This document shows positions 43,651-57,430 of a stretch of DNA of 64,000 nucleotides, piece by piece. The number at the start of each line of letters is the position of its first letter. Position 1 is the first letter of the stretch. The notes beneath the pieces were generated by a model. That model was not told the origin of the DNA, made no database searches, and saw nothing but the letters and a program-made list of their open reading frames with translations. The stretch is taken from assembly GCA_002269645.1 (NCBI GenBank), contig NIVC01001638.1:62001-126000 (forward strand), in the 5' to 3' direction. This DNA comes from Macrostomum lignano. Its lineage: Eukaryota. A program made the translations under genes and the position numbers.

Positions 43651-43741
43651 TTGAAGAATACAATGACCTAAACAGCGGTGAATTATGATCTATATCCATC
43701 TAGCACCCAGTCGAATGATAACTATTAAAGCTGATTAAAAC

Positions 43742-46700
43742 CTAACAATTGCCATCAGCCTCAGCTCCTTGTACATCACTTCGACGAAACGACTCGTCCA
43801 AATCCCGAAGGCATTTCTTCACCCGAAGGGAGGTCAGCCGAGCGCTAGCCCTGTGCTGCCAGCATTCGGTCATCATTTCAACAACAGCTGATGAGTAGGA
43901 ACTCGTCAGCCAGTGCTGGCACACGGTCGGCCTGAGTGCCTGTTCGCAGACTAGAGATTGCATCAGCTCGACAGACGGGTCGTTGGGAGCGTGCTCGCTG
44001 AATGGCAGCCGATAGGGCACGGGATCGGAGTCCGGGAGACGGCAGCGCAGCAGAGTCTCCCACACTACCAGCGCAAAGGCGTACATGTCAGCCTGGGTCA
44101 GAGACTCGAAGCAGCGGGTGTCCAGGCTGGAGTCCAGGATCTCAGGAGCAAAGTAGCGCTTGGTGCCTTGGACCAGAGGCGGCGAAGGGTCGATCATGCC
44201 GTTGATGCTGCGGGGTGGGGTGTGATGGAGAGTAACTGACTGGCCCAGCAACTGAGGATCTGGGAGGCTGGCCCAGCAACTGAGGATCTGGGAGGCTGGC
44301 CCATCAAGTATCTGGGAGGCTAGTATCCCACAGCAACTGAGGATCTGGGAGGCTAGTATCCCAGCAACTGAGGATCTGGGAGGCTAGTTTCCCAGCAACT
44401 GAGGATCTGGGAGGCTAGTTTCCCACAGCAACTGGGATCTGGGAGGCTAGTATCCCAGCAACTGAGGATCTGGGAGGCTAGTGCCACAGCAACTGAGGAT
44501 CTGGGAGGCTAGTGCCACAGCAACTGGGATCTGGGAGGCTAGTATCCCAGCAACTGAGGATCTGGGAGGCTAGTGCCACAGCAACTGAGGATCTGGGAGG
44601 CTGGCCCAGCAACTGAGGATCTGGGAGGCTGGCCCAGCAACTGAGGATCTGCGAGGCTGGCCCAGCAACTGAGGATCTGGGAGGCTGGTCCAACAACTGA
44701 GGATCTGGGAGGCTGGTCCAACAACTGAGGATCTGAGAGGCTGTCTGCCCAGCAACTGAGGATCTGGGAGGCTGGCCCAGCAACTGAGGATCTGGGAGGC
44801 TGGTCCAACAACTGAGGATCTGGGAGGCTGGTCCAACAACTGAGGATCTGAGAGGCTGTCTGCCCAGCAACTGAGGATCTGGGAGGCTGGCCCAGCAACT
44901 GAGGATCTGGGAGGCTGGCCCAGCAACTGAGGATCTGGGAGGCTGTCTGCCCAGCAACTGAGGATCTGGGAGGCTGGCCCAGCAACTGAGGATCTGGGAG
45001 GCTGGTCCAACAACTGAGGATCTGGGAGGCTGGTCCAACAACTGAGGATCTGGGAGGCTGGCCCAGCAACTGAGGATCTGGGAGGCTGGTCCAACAACTG
45101 AGGATCTGGGAGGCTGTCTGCCCAGCAACTGAGGATCTGGGAGGCTGGCCCAGCAACTGAGGATCTGGGAGGCTGGCCCAGCAACTGAGGATCTGGGAGG
45201 CTGGCCCAGCAACTGAGGATCTGGGAGGCTGGGAACTGAGGATCTGGGAGGCTGGTCCAACAACTGAGGATCTGGGAGGCTGGCCCAGCAAGTATCTGGG
45301 AGTCTAGTATGCCACAGCAACTGAGGATCTCTCTCCCCAATGAGAAACCGCAAGACTCCAGCAGCTCACCTAGAGTATCGCACAGCCAGGCCCAGATCGG
45401 CAATGCAGCAGACACCACCAGTCTTCACCAGTATATTCCTGCTCTTGATATCCCTGTGCGCCAGTGCGGGCTTGCCTGGGCTGCCGCAGATCTCAGTGTG
45501 CAGAAATGCCAGACCCTTGGCAGCGGAGAACAGCAGTCGAATCGTGTTGCCGAGCGTCAGCACGGGCTGCTGGCTTAAGAAATCGTGCAAAGAGCCAAGC
45601 GGATGATACTCAGTGATGAGCACCATCTGAGTCCAGCCGCCTGTCCCGCAGATGTCGGAGGCCAGAAACGCCAGCACATTCTCGTGTCGCATGAGGCACT
45701 GCTCATAGATTGACGACTCTCTGGCCCAGCTGGCCTCTTCGGTTGAGTAGAACACCTTCACTGCCACGTCTTCGTGGCGCCATTCGCCGCGCCAAACTTC
45801 GCCAAAACGGCCCCGGCCAACGGCTTGAAGATGGCACACCTGAATTTTAGGTAGGAAAACATGTCAGGGCCTTGTGTCATTTTGATTCTGTCAGAGCATA
45901 GAATATTTATTAGACCTGTTATTAGAATGGCAAACGAATGTAACAGGGATCTTGACAATATATGAAGTAAGAGTAGGGGCGCAGAGAGAGACAATGAATG
46001 AGATATTAGACAGAACATCAGATGAAGATTAGAGGTGAGATATATATATTTAATAGATCAGGGAAAAGGATGAGGGGATAATTGAAGCGAAATTATAGAC
46101 AAAGGTGAGAAAGTAGATTTAGATAGATAGGAAAATCTGAGAGAGAGATAAAGAGAGATAAGAGGGGAGATTACAGATTACAGAAACCAAAGGGGAGATT
46201 AGAGACCAGAGGGTGAGATTACAGAAATTAAAGGGAAGATTAGAAATCAGAAGGGTGAGATTACAAAACCAAAGGGGAGATTAGAGATCAGAAGAGGGAG
46301 ATTACAGAAATCAAAGGGGAGATTAGTGATCAGAAGAAGGGTGAGATTACAGAAACCAAGGGGGAGATTAGAGATCAGAAGAAGAGATCAGGAGATAAGA
46401 GATCTGAGGGGAGATTAGAAAGATAGAGAGAGATATTAGAGATCAGAGAGGAGACCAGATCAGATGACTGCAATCCAATTCACCTCTTTAGCAATGGTCC
46501 GCTGTACAATTTTGGGGACACCGCTGCCACTGCCGCTGCTGAACTCCAGACCAGGCGGACTGTACAAACTCTGAGTCATTGGCTCCTGCTGGCTGTCAAC
46601 ATTAGTCAGAGGAGTTGTCACCGTGTGCTGATCCCCATGCTGACCAATGGGTCTCAGCTCCATCATGTCTGTAGTTGTCAATGACTTGCCACCGCCGCCG

Positions 46701-47371
46701 CCGCTGCGACATTTTCGTCTTAGACGGCGAACGATAAAGTACAAAGCCGCTGTTAAAAGTACAATGACGAATGCTACACTGACTGACACCAGAGCAATCA
46801 TAGTGAGTGCCGACCCGGAACCTATTGCTAATTGACCTTTATTGTCATCACTATTGGTTCCCGTGGTAAATGAAGGCGGATTAGACGATGGCAAAGGCGA
46901 CAGTCCATCCGGTAGGCGAGGATTAAAGTACAAATTGCACAGATTGCTACTGTTGCAGCACTGCAGAGCTCTGGGAGTCGAGTGTACACCAGCTGAGGTG
47001 CCGATGCACTGCAATACGTTGCTATCCTTGGCTAAGCAACCGTATTGAACTACAATTCTACTGCCGACCAAATGCTTCGACGCGTAACAGTGAGGCCTGG
47101 CACCGCGTGCTTTGCATACTAACAAATTTCTAACATCAACATCAGTTGCTAGGCTATTCGTGCTGCTTTGATTGCTACTAACAGTAGTAGGGGCTGGTGG
47201 AACACTCAGATTTGCTGACAATGGTTGGCAGTGATTGTGGTCATTGCAGCGACACAGTAAACTGACTGTAGAAGAGGCGGCGCTGCTGGGACTTGGGGTA
47301 GAAGGCGCTTCATCAGTGGTGCCCGACGACAGAACAGCAAGAACTGTGATTGCAACGCCAAGTTGGTTCAT
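43742..47371 (-). CDS. BMPR1: TGF-beta-family type I receptor Ser/Thr kinase, BMPR1/thickveins (ALK3/6) type, 607 aa
   Basis: Exons 47371-46484, 45839-45370 and 44207-43742 (1824 nt, consistent phases). Signal peptide, Cys box CCNSSNLCN, transmembrane helix, GS box [42 protein letters not shown]45 loop [12 protein letters not shown] (ALK3/6-like DIKGTGSWTQ), [22 protein letters not shown]. Confidence 0.92.
44240..45330. repeat. 28-bp minisatellite (GGCCCAGCAACTGAGGATCTGGGAGGCT) filling BMPR1 intron 2
   Basis: Direct inspection of the sequence. Confidence 0.95.
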
Positions 47372-47489
47372 TTTTCATTTTTTATACATTCAATTTTTTT
47401 GCGCTGAAAAGTATTAATAGAAAAACTATGTGAAGATAAAGCCATTGTAAAATTTACATTTGAACGGGTGAAACTTTATGAATTCCACA

Positions 47490-47880
47490 TTAATACCCCT
47501 AGCAATCGGAATTAACTCCCCATTAATAACCCTAGCTATCTGAACAAATTCCTCATTAATACCCCTGGTTATATGAATAAATTCCCCATTAATACCCCTA
47601 GCTATCTGAACAAATTCCTTATTAATACCCCTGGCTATCTGAATAAATTCCCCATTAATACCCCCAGATATCTGAATAAATTCCCCATTAATACCCTTAG
47701 ATATCTGAGCAAATTCCTCATCAATACCTCTAGCTATCTAAACAAATTCCCCATTAATACCCCAGCTATCTAAATAAATTCCCTATTAATACCCCCAGCT
47801 ATCTAAATAAATTCCCTATTAATACCCCTATCCCCTAGCTATCTGAAAAATTCTAATTAATACCCTTAGCTATCCGAAAA
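47490..47880. repeat. 33-bp minisatellite between GATD3 and BMPR1
   Basis: AAATTCCCCATTAATACCCCTAGCTATCTGAAT-like units. Confidence 0.88.
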
Positions 47881-48273
47881 ATGTCTCTATCGATAACCCT
47901 ACTACTAACTACTAACTGCTGACTTGGAAAAAAATTATTAAGATATTTTTTTTTCGTAATTACTAATCTAAACACTATCAGCAACTAATGGATGAACTTG
48001 ATTTATTTTTACGGTTTTTTCAAAAAGCATTCTAAATATATGACGAAATTTAGAAGAAAAAAAACAAAGCCTAATTGTTGGCTTCTTAAAAATTACCGGT
48101 ACCTGTTTAGAAGGATGAAATGACGGGAGGGTAAATGACTGGAGGGTAAATGACTGGAGGGTAAATTTAGGCGGGTATGTAGAGAGAGTTAAGTTGGACA
48201 AATTGAATTAAACAGCAAAGGAAACACGGGCAAACGCTACGTGATTCTAGATGATTACGAATCAATCAAATCT

Positions 48274-51200
48274 CTAGGCCAGACGCAGCACTTCTCGAAC
48301 CAACGCGCCGACTCCTTCGTAGATCTGATGCAGCGGAGCTTCGCACATGAACGCGGGCGTGGTAACCACTTTTTTAGCGTCGTCAACGAGGCACTCGGTG
48401 ACCCCGCGGATTACGTGTTGGCCACCGAGCGGCCCGATGGCCTGGGTAGCTCCGGCGTGAGGCCAGAGGCCGCCCTCTTCTGACTCGGAGCCCATGGTTA
48501 CCTGGTCGAGATTTAGGCGGGGTGAGATGAGAGCAGACGGTGAGATTAGAACAGATAGTGGGATGAGGACAGATTGTAAGATGAGACCATATTGAGATAA
48601 AAGCAAATGGTGAGATGAGAGCAGAGCATGAGATGAGAGCAGAGCGTGAGATGAGAGCAGATGATGAGATTAGAACATATTGTGAGATAATATCAGAGCT
48701 TGGGATAAGATCAGAGCGTGAGATAAGACCACAACGTGAGAGAAGACCAGAGCATGAGATAATATCAGAGCGTGAGGTGAGATTAAAGTGAGATAAGATC
48801 AGAGCGTGAGATGAGATGAGATCAGAGCGTAAGATGAGATGAGATCAGAGCGTGAGATGAGATAAGACCAGAGCATGAGATAATATCAGAGCGTGAGGTG
48901 AGATTAAAGTGAGATAAGATCAGAGCGTGAGATGAGATGAGATCAGAGCGTAAGATGAGATGAGATCAGAGCGTGAGATGAGATAAGACCAGAGCATGAG
49001 ATAATATCAGAGCGTGAGGTGAGATTAAAGTGAGATAAGATCAGAGCGTGAGATGAGATGAGATCAGAGCGTAAGATGAGATAAGACCAGAGCATGAGAT
49101 AATATCAGAGCGTGAGATGAGATCAGATCAGAGCGTAAGATGAGATAAGATTAGAGCATGAGATGAGATAAGAGCGTGAGATAAGATAATAACGTGAGGT
49201 GAGATTAAAGTGTAAGAGAAGATTGGAGCGTGAGATGAGATGAGGTCAGAGCGTAAGATAGATGAGATCAGAGCGCGAGATAAGATTAGAGCGTGAAATG
49301 AGAGCAGATGCTGAGATGAGAGCAGATGCTGAGATGAGAGCAGATGCTGAGATGAGAGCAGATGCTGAGATGAGAGCAGATGCTGAGATGAGAGCAGATG
49401 CTGAGATGAGAGCAGATGCTGAGATGAGAGCAGATGCTGAGATGAGAGCAGATGCTGAGATGAGAGCAGATGCTGAGATGAGAGCAGATGCTGAGATAAA
49501 TAGAAACGCATAAGCATGAAGCAATGAGATGAGATAAAATGAATAAAAAGTCTGAGCTCACCTGACAGCCTGGCAGCAATTTAGCAGCCAGCACGGGAGC
49601 AATGCAGCACAGACCGACAGGTTTCCCGGCCTTATTAAACTCGCCGATGACCCTGGCGGTATCCGCTTGCACCATGCAGTCCTTGCCGCTGACTGCAAAA
49701 TCGCAAAGATTTTTAGCTGCGCCGAAACCGCCAGGAAAAATGATGGCGTCGAAATCTGAGGCGCGCAGTTGCGACAGAGGCGCAGCCTTGCCGCGAGCGA
49801 TTCGGGCAGACTCGATCAGCACGTTGCTGGGCAGGGTACGAGGGATTCTGAGAATCAATTATCCATCATTGAATCAGGGACTCTAAAATCCCCATCAATC
49901 AATCAATAAATCAATCAATCAGGTATTTTAAGTCTCCATCAATCAACGGATTCTGAATCTCCATCAATCAACGGATTCTGAATCTCCATCAATCAACGGA
50001 TTCTGAATCTCCATCAATCAAGGGATTCTGAATCTCCATCAATCAACGGACTCTGAATCTCCATCAATCAACGGATTCTGAATCTCCATCAATCAACGGA
50101 TTCTGAATCTCCATCAATCAAGGGATTCTGAATCTCCATCAATCAAGGGATTCTGAATCTCCATCAATCAAGGGATTCTGAATCTCCATCAATCAACGGA
50201 TTCTGAATCTCCATCAATCAAGGGATTCTGAATCTCCATCAATCAACGGATTCTGAATCCCCATCAATCAAAGTATTCTGAATCCCCATCAATCAAGGGA
50301 TTCTGAATCTCCATCAATCAACGGATTCTGAATCTCCATCAATCAACGGATTCTGAATCTCCATCAATCAATGGATTCTGAATCTCCATCAATCAACGGA
50401 TTCTGAATCCCCATCAATCAACGGATTCTGAATCTCCATCAATCAAGGGATTCTGAATCTCCATCAATCAATCAATCAGGTATTCTAAATCTCCATCAAT
50501 CAAGGGATTCTGAATCCCCATCAATCAACGGATTCTGAATTTCCATCAATCAACAGATTCTGAATCTCCATCAATCAAGGGATTCTGAATCTCCATCAAT
50601 CAACGGATTCTGAATCTCCATCAATCAAGGGATTCTGAATCTCCATCAATCAAGGGATTCTGAATCTCCATCAATCAAGGGATTCTGAATCTCCATCAAT
50701 CAATCAATCAGGTATTCTAAATCTCCATCAATCAACGGATTCTGAATCTCCATCAATCAACGGATTCTGAATCTCCATCAATCAATGGATTCTGAATCTC
50801 CATCAATCAACGGATTCTGAATTTCCATCAATCAACAGATTCTGAATCTCCATCAATCAAGGGATTCTGAATCTCCATCAATCAACGGATTCTGAATCTC
50901 CATCAATCAAGGGATTCTGAATCTCCATCAATCAACGGATTCTGAATCTCCATCAATCAACGGATTCTGAATCCCCATCAATCAAAGTATTCTGAATCCC
51001 CATCAATCAAGGGATTCTGAATCTCCATCAATCAACGGATTCTGAATCTCCATCAATCAACGGATTCTGAATCTCCATCAATCAATGGATTCTGAATCTC
51101 CATCAATCAACGGATTCTGAATCCCCATCAATCAACGGATTCTGAATCTCCATCAATCAACGGATTCTGAATCCCCATCAATCACACAAGAGATCCTAAA

Positions 51201-51722
51201 ATTTACTTTAAAACAAATACCAAAAAAACTTTACAAGCACACAAAATAGTCACCAACCGTTTCTCCGACATAACATCGCCATTCAGATGATTAATAACGT
51301 GCATCTGGTCAATGTCTGGTGCAAACATTGACACGGCTGAACCCTCGCGGCTTAGGTGTACAAGGCAGCTGAAATAACAGTGTTGAATTCAAACATGAGC
51401 TGAAGTTATAGATAGTTACAGGCGGATGTAATTTTTAAGAGAAAACAATGAACTCACGAAGATGCCTCGTGTACTTCAGTGCCATCATAGACACCACATC
51501 CAGACAGAACCTAAAAAAATAAATCACAAATTTGTGTGAATTATCAATATTTATACTAGATAAAATATTTTATATAGCACTTACCACAGCCACTTTCTTT
51601 TGCGAGCTCATGCTTCTAAATAGAGCTTTCAAGCCGAAACTGTTAGCGTTGATGCAGCTTTTAATAGTACTTCTGGCAAACACAGTATTTGTACGACCCA
51701 ATATGTGCAGTGAAAAGCTCAT
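48274..51722 (-). CDS. GATD3: ES1/GATD3 (DJ-1/PfpI-family mitochondrial protein), 264 aa
   Basis: Exons 51722-51585, 51510-51458, 51368-51258, 49826-49562 and 48501-48274 (795 nt, consistent phases). Basic N-terminal presequence, KVAV|[65 protein letters not shown]. Confidence 0.95.
48520..49500. repeat. GAGAT-rich composite array ending in an 18-mer (GCTGAGATGAGAGCAGAT), GATD3 intron 4
   Basis: Direct inspection of the sequence. Confidence 0.88.
49900..51185. repeat. 25-bp satellite (CTCCATCAATCAACGGATTCTGAAT), GATD3 intron 3
   Basis: About 50 copies. Confidence 0.95.
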
Positions 51723-52245
51723 CTAGTTATTATTGCGATTGTTGTACCTGAAAAAAAAACAAAAAAATATCTGATTAACTATGAACACTTAGTGTAGCAA
51801 ATGGTTATTAAAATGAGCTAGATATCTACAACTGTATGCCAAGTTATTTGTCTAGTAGATATTTGTCAGATGTATCAGGGGTTGCAGATGGGCCTATGCA
51901 TATATGCATCTAGATCAGCAGTTGACTATATTTTGACCCAAATGGCCAAGTAGAGAACTTTACCCTTTGTGCATGATTTCAGGCCAGTGAAAAGAGAAGA
52001 GGAAAGGAGAGGAGAGGAGAAAGGATGAAAGAGGAGTGGAGAAAGAAGAAAAAATAAAGAGAAGAGAAAGAGCAGAAGAGAAGAGAGAAATATCCTTTTA
52101 AATGTCTTTTTTCAAGCAAAATATATTAGAAATATTGAATATTACCTATGTAATAACTAATATCTTTATTTATTTTTTTGTCTAGTACATAGCTATTATA
52201 GGTATAGAATCAGAATTATACAAAAAACTTATTAATTAAACTATA

Positions 52246-54120
52246 TTAACCCTCAAACAATAAATGGGGGTCCATTGGACCCCACTGAGCAATAAGCAAT
52301 CATCCATAGTATTATGGCATGCATTAGCTGAATAATTTTCTTGGAGAATTACAAATTTTAGGGTCTTTCTATGCATATAAATTAATAACACTCTGTCATG
52401 TATAGAAGCTTGAATAATTGAGCTTATTTGGTTTCTGATTTCTGCTTTCCAAGTATGTATGGCCAAGTATATTATAAGTAAATGTCTATGGCCAATGCAC
52501 CAGCATATATAAAGGCCATTGCAAACCAAAAATCATTACTTTTGACTGTCAGCTTTGACAAAAAATTTCTGATGCTGTAGTGCCACTTCTACACTGTGAT
52601 AAGGATGGCCAAACCAATGCAGGAAGCCAAATCTCATACGCCACAGAAAATTCTTTCTCAAGACATTAGTATTCCTGATGCACATGTTGACTTAGAAGAG
52701 TCTGGCCAAGAAGAAGCTCTGTCTGACATTGAGAAGGCAAAGCTTGAGGTGGAGCTTTATGGTGTTCCTGGAAGCTTATCTAGTGACTCTTCCAGGATAG
52801 AGTCACCAGAACCTGCAGCACAGGCCAGAAATGTGCTATTTTGCTACGCGAGCCTAAGCAGTCAAGCCTAGAACACAAATTCCCTGCCATAAGTTGGGCA
52901 GAGGCTCCAGCCTCCAGCCTGGCATAATGCAATTTGCTGTAGCAAGACTGCATGATAAAGAGTCTGCCTTCAAACTCTTGTTTGACACTGATATAATAGA
53001 CACCATTTGCAAAACAAATTGAGAAGCCATTAGTGTTTTTAGTTGCACTTGGTCTTTAATAACATGAAATAAGATATATGGCTACATTTAGTCTTTGCAT
53101 CTTCTGCAGTATATTCAAGGGCAATATGGAGAGCATTGAGAAGCCTTGGAGCAAGTACTATAGATGAAAGATATTCTCTGAGACAATAGGCTTGTCTTGC
53201 TTCAAGAGGCTTCTTCATTTCCTTTGTTTTGACAACTGAGTAACAAGGGAAGCACAGCTGCTAAGAGACAAGCTTGCAACTATTTGCCTCCTACTTGATA
53301 GATTTGTGAGCAACTCCTTCTGGAGCAATGACAGCTAATGAACAACTATTTCCTTACTGAGGCCACTGCCAGTATGTCCAATACATGCTAATGAAGCTGG
53401 CAAAGTATGGTCTCAAGTTCTGGTGCCTAAACAATGTAGCCACCACTTGTTGCTAGAACCTGGAGATATATGCTAGATGTGAAAAGTATTAAGAGGTCAG
53501 TCTTGGTGAGCATATGGTGTTAAAATTGGCTGAAGGTCTGCAAGGATCAGGCATAAGGATCATGGTAGACAATTTTTTCTACTCACTTAGCCTGGCATAA
53601 AGTCATCAGCACTGGAACCTTATTTTTCTAGGCAGCATGTAAGCATATTTCCAAGAGGTTTCGCTATAGATATAAACCTGCCAATATAGGAAGCTTCACT
53701 CAACTGAATTTGCTTGTACGAAAGAGGACAAAATTCAGTTGGTTTCACATATAAGGCCAAGACAAATAAGCTAGTACTGATTCTGTCATTGCAGCATAAC
53801 AGTCTAGACATTTCAGCATATCTAGCTTAGAAGCTGCAGGTTATCCTCGACTACAATGCAATCAAGGGTGGCACAGACCAGATAGATCAAATGAAATCCT
53901 TGAATATTGCTAGTATAAATGCTTTCCTGTTTCACAAGGCTGTCTTTCCAAATAGCTTTGCTAATACTCCCTATTGATGTAGGCTATACTTGATGGCAGG
54001 GCAAGGCTTTGATGTAGCCTTTGAGGTACTAGGTAAAAGCTGTTAGGCGCAAGCCTGCTATAGTATTTTTAGTTCAGAAAGGCAAGTGTTACCTATATAG
54101 CCACTCAGCTGATAGCAAGT
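52246..54120 (+). mobile_element. Decayed piggyBac transposon (transposase pseudogene)
   Basis: Left end TTAA|CCCT...GGGGTCCATTGGACCCC. Relic peptides: FKRLLHFLCFDN, MTANEQLFPY*GHCQYVQYMLMKLAKYGLKFW, IMVDNFF, VILDYNAIKGGTDQIDQM, NIASINAF. I did not identify the right end. Confidence 0.85.
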
Positions 54121-55935
54121 ATTTATTTTGCTAAGATCTATAATAATTGTTAATAATATAATACTACTATTAATTGTTATTTATTTGTATGGTTATTCAC
54201 TATTTAAACCATGGTCACTAGACATAGTAATTGCCTTTTTATAAATATTAATTAGGCTTACACAGACAGCACTAAGCCTATTCTATAGTTTAGGTGACTT
54301 TTATACTGGGATTTCCCAGCATATAACAAGGGTACTCTACTTGCCATTTTTAGCACATATCAATATATATTCCAACATATAAAATACAACAAAAACATTG
54401 TGTCAATGCCATAGTCTGGATCATGCTTGGTATATACCTAAACAAAAATTGATACTTACAAATATATGCCAAAAAATAGTGCATGCCCATTCTCAAAATT
54501 ACACTCAGTGTTGCGACAGTACATGACTTTTTAATATTGTGACAATAAATGACCTTTTTTGAACTGTATAATCAACCTTTTTGGCAAATAATTTGGTTTA
54601 TTTCTCTATTTCTTTGACAATAGAGGCCTACTTTTCACAGTAGACAATCAATATACACAAAGGTTTATTTAAATGCTAAATTATAAGCTTTAAAAACTTA
54701 GAAGGCTTGAAGTTTATGCTTAAAATGAATCTTTTTTCATCCTTTTTCTACTTCACGATAAATTTTCCACGTGATTCTATGAGGTGCATGCCAGGTATAC
54801 ACGCAGGCTATTTTCTTAGGAGTGATTCACGCCTACTGTGCAATGAGTCCTAGACCCTACTTTTGATATGCAAGGCCAATGCATGGCTAGATAATGAGAT
54901 ATAGACATACATTGTGATAACATTTATGAAATGTTATAGGCATAGTACAATATAATAAATTAAAAAATGCCTAGACCTAGCAGTTAGTCTAGACCCCCTA
55001 ATCATCAATTTAGCCTTAGGTATAGGCCTAGGGCAAAAGGGATAGTCTACAATTTTGTAGATAATAATAAATAAGATGGTGTGGCAGGCGGGATGCCACA
55101 AGTAATTGATTGAACCTAATTTTGAATAATTTAAAGCGCAATCAAAACTATAATATACCGTCCCATCCGCTGTCTTTTCACCCCAATTTTTGTCCATCGT
55201 TTGCCCAGCTCCCCTTCCTTTCCGTGGCCTGGTCGCGTCCCTTCACTGTTATTCGTCGTTCCCTATGTTGAATTTTGTTTATCCGCGCGGTGTCCCAACG
55301 TATTTGAGCCTATTCCATCCCGTGAATTTTGTTGCCCAACGTCTGTTTCCAGTGTTTGTCAGCGTCCCCTTTTGATTATTTATGCCGCTTTTTGAGCCCT
55401 GTTTTCCTCAAACCTCCTCCGCCCTTCCTCCACCACCACGACCACTTTCTTTTATTTTCGCCTCCTTCAATTTAATAGTTGTTTTCATTAATTAACCGTT
55501 TCGTTTATTAAGTTCAACCTAGCGCACCGGCGCCGCAGCAAGCGAATCCATCTCTCGTGCATTAATAATAATATTATCTTTATCCCATGCTCGCCTGCTG
55601 TTTATCTTAAACCGAGCTCAATAATAACCGGCATTATTAAATTAGCCATTAATAATTCATTCGTTAACGTTCAGCCGTAGTATTTCTTGAGTCATTTGGC
55701 CGTGGGGCGTAAAATAACCAAGTTCTCATCCCAAAGATAGCTCTGAGACTTATCCGTTCCGTAATACGTAAATTACGGTGGTGGCAGCAACTACCCTACT
55801 GAAAGTATAACCACTCAGCTATTTGACGCATTATTTTACGGAGTCAGGAATCTCCGACTACGGTGTTTCATCGATTTGAACGACCTCGCCGCTACACGAC
55901 CGCTCCGCTACGATTACGACTACCCTCCCCCCGGA

Positions 55936-56125
55936 CAGGGGCGTAGCCAGGAATTTCCTACGGGGGGGGATACACCAAGGTGAATTTCCTACGGGGGGGA
56001 TACACCAAGGTAAAAGTGCTCACATGGTAGCATGTATAGCGAAAAAGTGCAACAAAAAAGTTTTGGTCAGGCTCTTCGGGGGGGGGATACATCCCCCCTG
56101 ATCCCCCCCCCTCCCTACGCCACTG
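55936..56125. mobile_element. 190-bp hAT MITE
   Basis: TIRs CAGGGGCGTAG...CTACGCCACTG with an exact 8-bp TSD, CCCCCGGA (55928-55935 and 56126-56133). Confidence 0.9.
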
Positions 56126-57119
56126 CCCCCGGAACTTGAGGACCCCGGCTGTCGGAGTAAAACAGGAGAAGAATTTCGTTGTGATTCGTCTGTGCGATTT
56201 CCGGCTTGATTCGTGCGAACACAACGCTAACCGGTTTCGAAGAAAACCCGAACAACCCCATTTCAATTTTTTATTTTCTTTCTCCGCCCCCACCTTAATG
56301 GGATGGGCCTAGTCTAACCTAGTCCCTAAGGTATTACTCAAATCTATATGAGAATAAGAAATATGTAAATAAATTTGACATAATCCAAACTATATAATAA
56401 GTGCAGTTAAGTTACAGTTTTCTTCATTAAATAGTTATAAAAATTCAAACCAGGGCCAGTAGCGGATTTAGAGGGGGGCGCACAGGGCGAGCGCCCCCCC
56501 GTTGAGTTTGATTTTTTTGATTTTTTATATGGAAAATACAAATACAAATAGGGAATACATATGTACCTTAGTAGTCTGCGCCCCCCCCCGTTCAAAATTT
56601 TGGGTCCTAGTCATTTCGTCAACTGGCGTTTCGTCAACTGGCCATTTCATCCACTCGGTTTTATCACTGGTCGTTTCGTCAACTAGCCAATGAAGCGATC
56701 TCAAACCTCGGTCACTTCGTCAACTGGCCAATAGGAAGTGTTCCAACATTGGTCACTTCGTCAACTGCCAATAAACTACCCGCCGCAGCCGCAAAAAAGT
56801 AAAACTGAACCCTGAAATGACTAAGTCGACAGGCTAATTAATATGCATACCCTCTGCAACATCTGCCGGCTTTCGATCGATGCGTCTCTATTATACGCTT
56901 GTACATGTACTAACAAAATATAATGCGCCCATGTGTTTGAAACGTGTGCAGCACGACGGGGTTGACATCCCGTGTGCAATTTGTATATGTTAAATTTTGA
57001 ATGCAGAAGTTAATTAAGAAGTAGTACATGTAGTTGAGGAGAACCCCGACCAAAGATAACGCTTGAATTGTGGCCGGGTCCTCTATTCGCAAAACATACA
57101 TATATAGAAAGCATTCCAA

Positions 57120-57430
57120 ATCAAGCCATTACATACATGAATGTGGCCATGTGACTGCGCAGCAGGTCGAATTGGACGGAACAGGTCGGCGAGGTGATAC
57201 AAAAGCCGCGTTGGTCACTCGCGTAGGCGATCTTGAAGGCGGCGCGCAGCAGGCCAGCGTGCGCCGCGTCAACAATTGTTGCTCGAGCGACTTCATCAGC
57301 GTCCAGGTCTTGACAGTATACAGCAGGACGGTCTCGATCACAGCCTCGCCTGGAACAACGCTGCCCTCTAGCGGTCAGCTGTATATTAAGCTGGCCTCGG
57401 ACTGCAGGACTCCCCAGACTAACATGTAAA
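57120..57430 (-). mobile_element. RTE-clade LINE 3' fragment
   Basis: IETVLLYTVKTWTLMKSLEQQL resembles the RTE C-terminal VxxVLLYGxETWTL motif. Confidence 0.65.

Noticed and set aside
44478-45418. Three 250-290-aa ORFs on the minus strand
   Set aside because: They come from the 28-bp repeat in BMPR1 intron 2, which is bounded by valid GT and AG sites.
54934-55930. Short ORFs and CpG-rich unique sequence upstream of the piggyBac relic (possible promoter of the minus-strand block)
   Set aside because: Nothing in the sequence lets me assign a product or a TSS.
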